This document shows, one piece after another, positions 58,801 to 64,000 of a stretch of 64,000 nt of DNA. The notes under the pieces are model-generated. The model was not told the DNA's origin. It was given only the letters and a program-made list of their open reading frames with translations, and ran no database searches. The stretch is taken from positions 1,000,829 to 1,064,828 of the forward strand of contig MU054925.1 of assembly GCA_013239625.1 (NCBI GenBank), given 5' to 3'. Both the position numbers and the translations under genes were made by a program. The first letter of the stretch is position 1; each line of letters opens with the position of its first letter. This stretch comes from Lama guanicoe. Lineage: Eukaryota.

Positions 58801-61800
58801 GCCACTCTCTGAGGCTCAGGGGAAAGGGAATGGGAGAGGGGTTTGTGTCATCTGGCTGGTTTCAAGGACTTTTGGGCCCCTCGCAGCCTCTTACTCTCCC
58901 CAGGAAACTCCTGAACTTCCAGAACCTGCCAGAGCATCTGGAGCAGCTGTTGCATGTGGACAATGAGGATGAAGAGAGCCAGGGTATGTAATAGCTTCTG
59001 GAATGTGGTTGGGGAGCCAGGGCTGGGCCCTAGGGGACCTGGGGCTGCCGCCCTGGGGGGCTCAGTGCACTCTGCATCTGTCAGACTCTGTGCTGTGTGC
59101 AACCCACACCCACCTCTCTCCTTTTCAGGACAGGTTGAAGGGCGGCTTGGTCCATCTACTGTGGTCCTGGACCACACAGGTGGCTTCGAGGGGCTTCTTC
59201 TGGTGGATGATGACCTCCTAGGGGTGAGCGAGAGCAAAGCGTTCGGATCCAAGTTCCTCCTGACACAGCCCCTAGATCCTCCTAATGTGGCCCTGGTCTC
59301 TCTATCTTTCTCGATGGGGCTGTAGCCGCAAACCCCTCCTGATGTGGCCGATTGCATCCCTGGCCCCCAAACCTTCGTAACATAGCCCTGAAACCCTCTT
59401 GGTGTGACCCCATCCCCAGGGTCTTCCCAAAACAACTATGAGCCCCTCCTCTCATGCTCCTGGCCCAGAATCCTTCCTGACACAGGCCTAGGCCCTCCTG
59501 CCATGTTCAGGCACAGTGCAGCGTGGGCTACAATGGGCACCACCACCAAGGCGAGCTGACTTGGGATGGGGCTATTCTCCCTTGGGGAGGCACCCTGTGT
59601 GCCTGGGAGGACGCTCACCACCCCTGCTCTTTACCCAGGTCATTGGACACAGCAACTTTGGTACTATCCGCTCCACCACGTGCGTGTACAAAGGTGAGAC
59701 CGTGCCCTGCTGTGGCCTGGGGAATGGGAAGGAAGTTTGAGGGCCCAGACCCGAGGCAGGAGGCAGTCTTTGTCTCCCTGCTGGGTCTGACGTGCCTTTT
59801 TCCAGGGAAATGGGTCTACGAGGTGCTCATCTCCTCCCAGGGGCTCATGCAGATTGGCTGGTGCACAATCAACTGCCGCTTCAATCAGGAGGTGCGTGTG
59901 GGAGGGGCCCCCCCAGGGAGACCTTCCCCTGCACCCAGCCTCCTCGGGGCTTAGGCAACCCCTCAACCCCAGCCCACATAGGGTCTGCTCAGCACCCTAA
60001 CCTGTACTACTTTCTGGAGGAGGGATGTGTCCCACCCCATCCCAGGGCAACCCAGCCCAAAACAGCTCCATTTTTCCCCTCAGAGCATCAGCCCCATTCT
60101 GTAGAGCCATGGGGGTTCAAGGTTGGTGGCTGGCAGGCTCTGGCTCTGCCCCCTCCACCTCGCCCAGACCTCACGGACACTTCTCCCTAGGAGGGGGTTG
60201 GAGATACACACAACTCCTATGCCTACGATGGCAACAGGGTGCGCAAGTGGAATGTGACCACCACGAATTATGGCAAGGTGAGGGCGGAGCCCCTGCAGCC
60301 CACGTGCCCTGTGTCCATCCCCACAGCTTGGCAGGAACCCCTGGGCAGCTGTGAGGGAGTGTAGGGCATCAGGGAGGGGATGGGACTCAGGTCCTCTGCA
60401 CTTATGGCCGGTCTTCCCTGAGTGGTAGTGGAGACACAGCTCTGGGGGCAGAGTGGGCAGGCTGCTGGGCTTCTGCACATCTATAAGGCCTCCTCCCCTG
60501 GCAGGCGTGGGCAGCGGGGGACATCGTGAGCTGCCTGATCGACCTGGATGATGGCACTCTGTCCTTTTGCCTGTAAGTCTCCTGCCTCTATCCACAGGCC
60601 TGGCCTCTGGGGCCTCCCCAAGCTGCCCTCAGTTTCCTGGACCCTGGAAGGGGGCTAGGCTGGTTTTGGTCACCTGAGGGTGGGCAGCCCCAACAGGCCA
60701 GCTCACAGGTCCATTTCGGCCACATTCTTCTTAGAAATGGTTCACAGGCCCTCCCTTCTGCTCCAGGAATGGTGTGTCACTGGGCACCGCCTTTGAGAAC
60801 TTATCCAGGGGTCTGGGCATGGCCTACTTCCCAGCCATCAGCCTCTCCTTCAAAGAGTCCGTGGCCTTCAACTTTGGCAGCCGTCCCCTGCGATATCCTT
60901 TTGTGAAGAAGACTGTGGGCTGCTGGGAAGCTGGGACTGGGGGCTCCCTGCTCCAGGATCTCTGTGAGCAGGTGGTGGGCCCTGCTGCCATGAGGAGTGA
61001 GTAGGGTACAGCTTAGGCAGGTGCCAGGGGCGATTCTTGCAGCAACCTTGTTAGGCGGGTACCATTACTGTTTCCATTGGACAGGTGAATGTGAAGCGGC
61101 AGGAGAAGTTTCATTCCGCAGAGAAGTGGGAGAGTTGTGGTGTGAACCAGGCCCTGCCCTAGAGTCCAGGCCCCACCCCAGGGGTCTTGGAGGGAGGGGT
61201 GGGTGTTCTGAGCCACAGATCAGGCATTGCTGGCTTAACTCTGTGGCACCTACCCGGTGGCGGGCTACCGGCCCCTGCAGGACCCACCGTGCACTGACCT
61301 GACGCGGGCGCAGAAGTTGCTGGGCTGCTTCCGGGCAGTGCTCAGCGTGGAGCTGGACCCCGTGGTGAGCCAGAGTCTGGGCCAGCTGAGCTGGGGGCTT
61401 ACTACTGCCCTCTGCCCCTCACAATCCTCCCTCCTCCTTCATACACAGGAAGGGCAGCTGGTGGAAAAGGAAATCTCTGAGTGGCAATTGCAGGGACAGC
61501 CCACCATCCTCCTCACACTGGCCCACATCTTCCATCACTTCGCACCTCTCCTGGTGAGGGGCCACGGTGTGGTGGGGGGCAGGCCGCGGTAGAAATGCCT
61601 GTGCTGGAGGCTGGGATGCTGAGGCGTGTGACAGAACCATCCCCTGTCGGGGGCCCCTCAGGCTTCAAAGATGTCACCAAGGGAATGAGGAGACGCTTCC
61701 AGCTGAGGGTGTCAGGGGACATCCTGGAAAGAAGATCAAGGGGTGATGAGATCACAGGCCATGGGAACTGCATGTGAAAAAGCCCCAGGAGGGCTGTGGG

Positions 61801-63954
61801 ACAGTGGCCTTTCTTGTGTCTCAGTCAGACCCTGGAAGGGCTCATCTATGTCTTGAGGCTGCTTGAAGGGGCCCAAGAGTCCTTGGCCGCCAGCCAGGGC
61901 AGGGGGACCCTGAGTGGGGCAGAAGGCCACCGCCTCACCAGTGCCCACCCTTGGTGCAGCGCCAGGTGTACCTGGTGGAGGCTGTGCTTGTGAGCTTCAT
62001 GTTGGGCATCGTGGAGGCAGGCACCCCAGCACAGGCGCAGACGCATTCCGTGGTGCACCAGGTCCTGGACCTTCTGTGGCTCTTCATGGAGGTGAGGCGT
62101 CAGACCTCAGGCCCCAGGCTGGGATGTCAGGCTCCACTGAGAGGGGGAGGTACAGGGAGGGTGCTGGAGAAGGCCCCACCGATGGCTTTCCCGGAGCCGG
62201 CCCTCAGCATAGGTGTGCAGCCCGGCCTCCCCCTTCTAGGACTATGAGGTACAGGATTGCCTCAAGCAGTTGATGATGTCCCTGTTGCGGCTGTACCGAT
62301 TCTCACCCATCGTCCCAGACCTGGGCCTGCAGGTAGGAGCTCCGGCCTCTGCCCTGAGCTCCCTGGGCCTCCCCAGCCCATTCTGAGCACCCTCTCCCCA
62401 CAGATCCGCTACCTGCGGCTCACTATCGCCATCCTGAGTCATCAGAAGTCCCGCAAGTTTCTGCTTAACAACGTCCTGTATCCTCCCCTTGCTGCCAGGC
62501 AGGCCAAATGTGTGGTGCCCTCTGGGGTCAGCAGAGGCCAGGGAGGGTGGTGTGCCTCTGGCCACGGGTCCCTGTTGAGGCTCAGGAGGACAGAGCCACC
62601 CAAGATGTGAGTTCTTGTTCCAAGACCGAGCCTTCCCAGCACTTTCTCTCCAGAGCAGGAAGGGTAGAGCAAAGGACCCAGCTGGCTGGCCAGCCTGAGC
62701 AGGGATTTCCAGATGGCTGCAGGCTCTTGAGCTGCACGGAGGTATGGGGGTGCCGCCAGGACCTACCCTCTTCAGCCAAAGCGCTGCACTTTTATCTGGT
62801 TCCACGGTGAGGGTTCCTACGAGATCTTTAAGGAGTCAGCTCCTGTTTCCCAAAAGTGTGGAGAACTGCAGGAGTAGGAGGGAGGGCAGAGCTTCAGGCC
62901 CCTGGCTGGAAAGCCTGTGCTAGCTGCTGTCTTTTCTCTTGGGGTCCTCAGCCTCCAAAAAGCAGAAACCAATGGAGAGGCTGCTGGGCCCTCTCCAGCC
63001 TGTACCACAGTCATCTGTTCCTGTGACAAGCTTTTCTTGTGTCCCTGCTGGGAATTGGGCTTGGGGGTTTGGCGGCCACAGCTCTTTCTCCAGGTTCACC
63101 GTCAGGGATACGGGCACAGAGCAGCAGTGGCACCCTGGGGAGTGGGAGAGCCATGGTGGGCACACCCAGAGGTGGGCAGGTTTTGGGAGGGCTTCCCAGG
63201 GAAGACTCATGAGGGGGCGTGGGGCATCTGTAGTGAGCAGAGCTCTTCCTTGACGACCACCAGCTTCGATGTGCTCCGGTCCGTTGTCTTCTTTTATATC
63301 AAGAGCCCCCTGCGTGTGGAGGAGGCTGGCCTGCAGGAGCTCATCCCCACCACCTGGTGGCCCCACCGCTCCAGCAGGGAGGTGGGCAGACCTGAGTGGG
63401 GTGGGCCACGGTCACAGCGAGGGCCAGCCCAGGGTATCTGAGCTGCCTGGCACTCAGTCCGTGAGGCCCCTTCCTGTTCTGGGGGAGGGAGTAGGGGGTG
63501 TTTTGCCTGACATAGACCTGGGTAAGCCCTGGCTGAGTCTTGCCGGCTTCCATCCCACTACCTCTGCTCCTGCCCAGGGCAGAGAGAGTAAGGAGGTGAA
63601 GGATGAGACAGCGGAGGAGCGGCTCCGGCGGCGCGCTTATGAACGGGGCTGCCAAAGGCTCAAGAAGCGCATTGAAGGTCAGCCGCCTGCCTCGGGCACT
63701 GGGTAGAGGGTGGAGGATTTGTGTGCACATGTACTTGGGGGCACCTGGTAGTCCCTGTGCTTAGGTTGGGCTCAGGGAACCCTGGTGGTAGAGCCCTGGT
63801 CTAAACCTGCTACCCCTTCCCATCCCTGGGAGCCTGAAGGCCAGGCCCTGCCTAAGGTGGCTGTACTGTTCCCTACCCTACTCAACCCTCAGTGGTGGAA
63901 GAACTACAGGTCCAGATCCTAAAGCTACTGTTGAACAATAAGGATGAAAATGGG
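55810..63954 (+). CDS. RNF123: E3 ubiquitin ligase RNF123 (KPC1), partial gene (coding exons 2-18, SPRY/B30.2 domain; continues past the window)
   Basis: [26 protein letters not shown]... Exons: 55810-55891, 56168-56252, 58904-58983, 59129-59223, 59639-59693, 59806-59891, 60191-60277, 60505-60572, 60767-60892, 61250-61364, 61449-61553, 61960-62091, 62240-62332, 62404-62477, 63264-63381, 63578-63677, 63893-63954. SPRY motifs [44 protein letters not shown]. Confidence 0.96.
56650..57000 (-). mobile_element. Old L1 fragments (AT-rich) in RNF123 intron 3
   Basis: aacttttattgagg.ata.tt..tacagtaaa...tttaaagt.tac signature at ~56868-56960. Confidence 0.55.
60893..61249 (+). other. RNF123: U12-type AT-AC intron (RNF123 intron 10)
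   Basis: 5' ATATCCTTT, branch GCTTAAC 61233-61239, 3' CAC; splicing restores ...PLR|YPVAGY. Confidence 0.92.
62478..63263 (+). other. RNF123: U12-type GT-AG intron (RNF123 intron 15)
   Basis: 5' GTATCCTC, branch TTCCTTGAC 63246-63254, no polypyrimidine tract, CAG at 63261-63263; splicing restores NNVL|FDVL. Confidence 0.88.
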
Positions 63955-64000
63955 GTGAGTGACTGACTCCCAGACCCCTGCCTGGGTCCCTGGTGGGAAG

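Noticed and set aside
62463-62469. U12 branch-like GCTTAAC just before the U12 donor
   Set aside because: Lies in coding exon 15 (Leu-Asn codons) with no upstream U12 donor to pair with; coincidental

Overview
Mammalian (eukaryotic) genomic DNA, GC-rich and gene-dense, orthologous to the human 3p21.31 BSN-APEH-MST1-RNF123 block. It holds the 3' part of BSN (bassoon; exons 3-10 coding on +, followed by two predicted 3'UTR introns), all of APEH (22 exons, +), all of MST1/HGFL (18 exons, -; tail-to-tail with APEH) and the 5' part of RNF123/KPC1 (+; head-to-head with MST1). A cetartiodactyl-type L1 3' end and no obvious Alu, B1, Bov-tA/BovB or PRE-1 SINEs suggest a non-ruminant, non-suid cetartiodactyl, possibly a camelid (inference). 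Six N-runs hide parts of BSN exons 5 and 7, the BSN 3'UTR and APEH exon 3. Most notable observations: (1) BSN has spliced 3'UTR exons with NMD geometry, and a Kozak-context ATG 2 nt after the stop opens a 58-codon ORF across both junctions; (2) RNF123 has two minor-spliceosome (U12) introns, one AT-AC and one GT-AG; (3) a perfect 5x74-bp tandem repeat whose unit has two adjacent inverted repeats and a CTCF-like core; (4) a poly(A)-tailed, TSD-flanked LTR-like retrocopy nested in a MER3; (5) RNF123 uORFs with stop-restart geometry. Exon boundaries were read by hand from splice signals and recalled orthologous protein sequences. No database searches were run.
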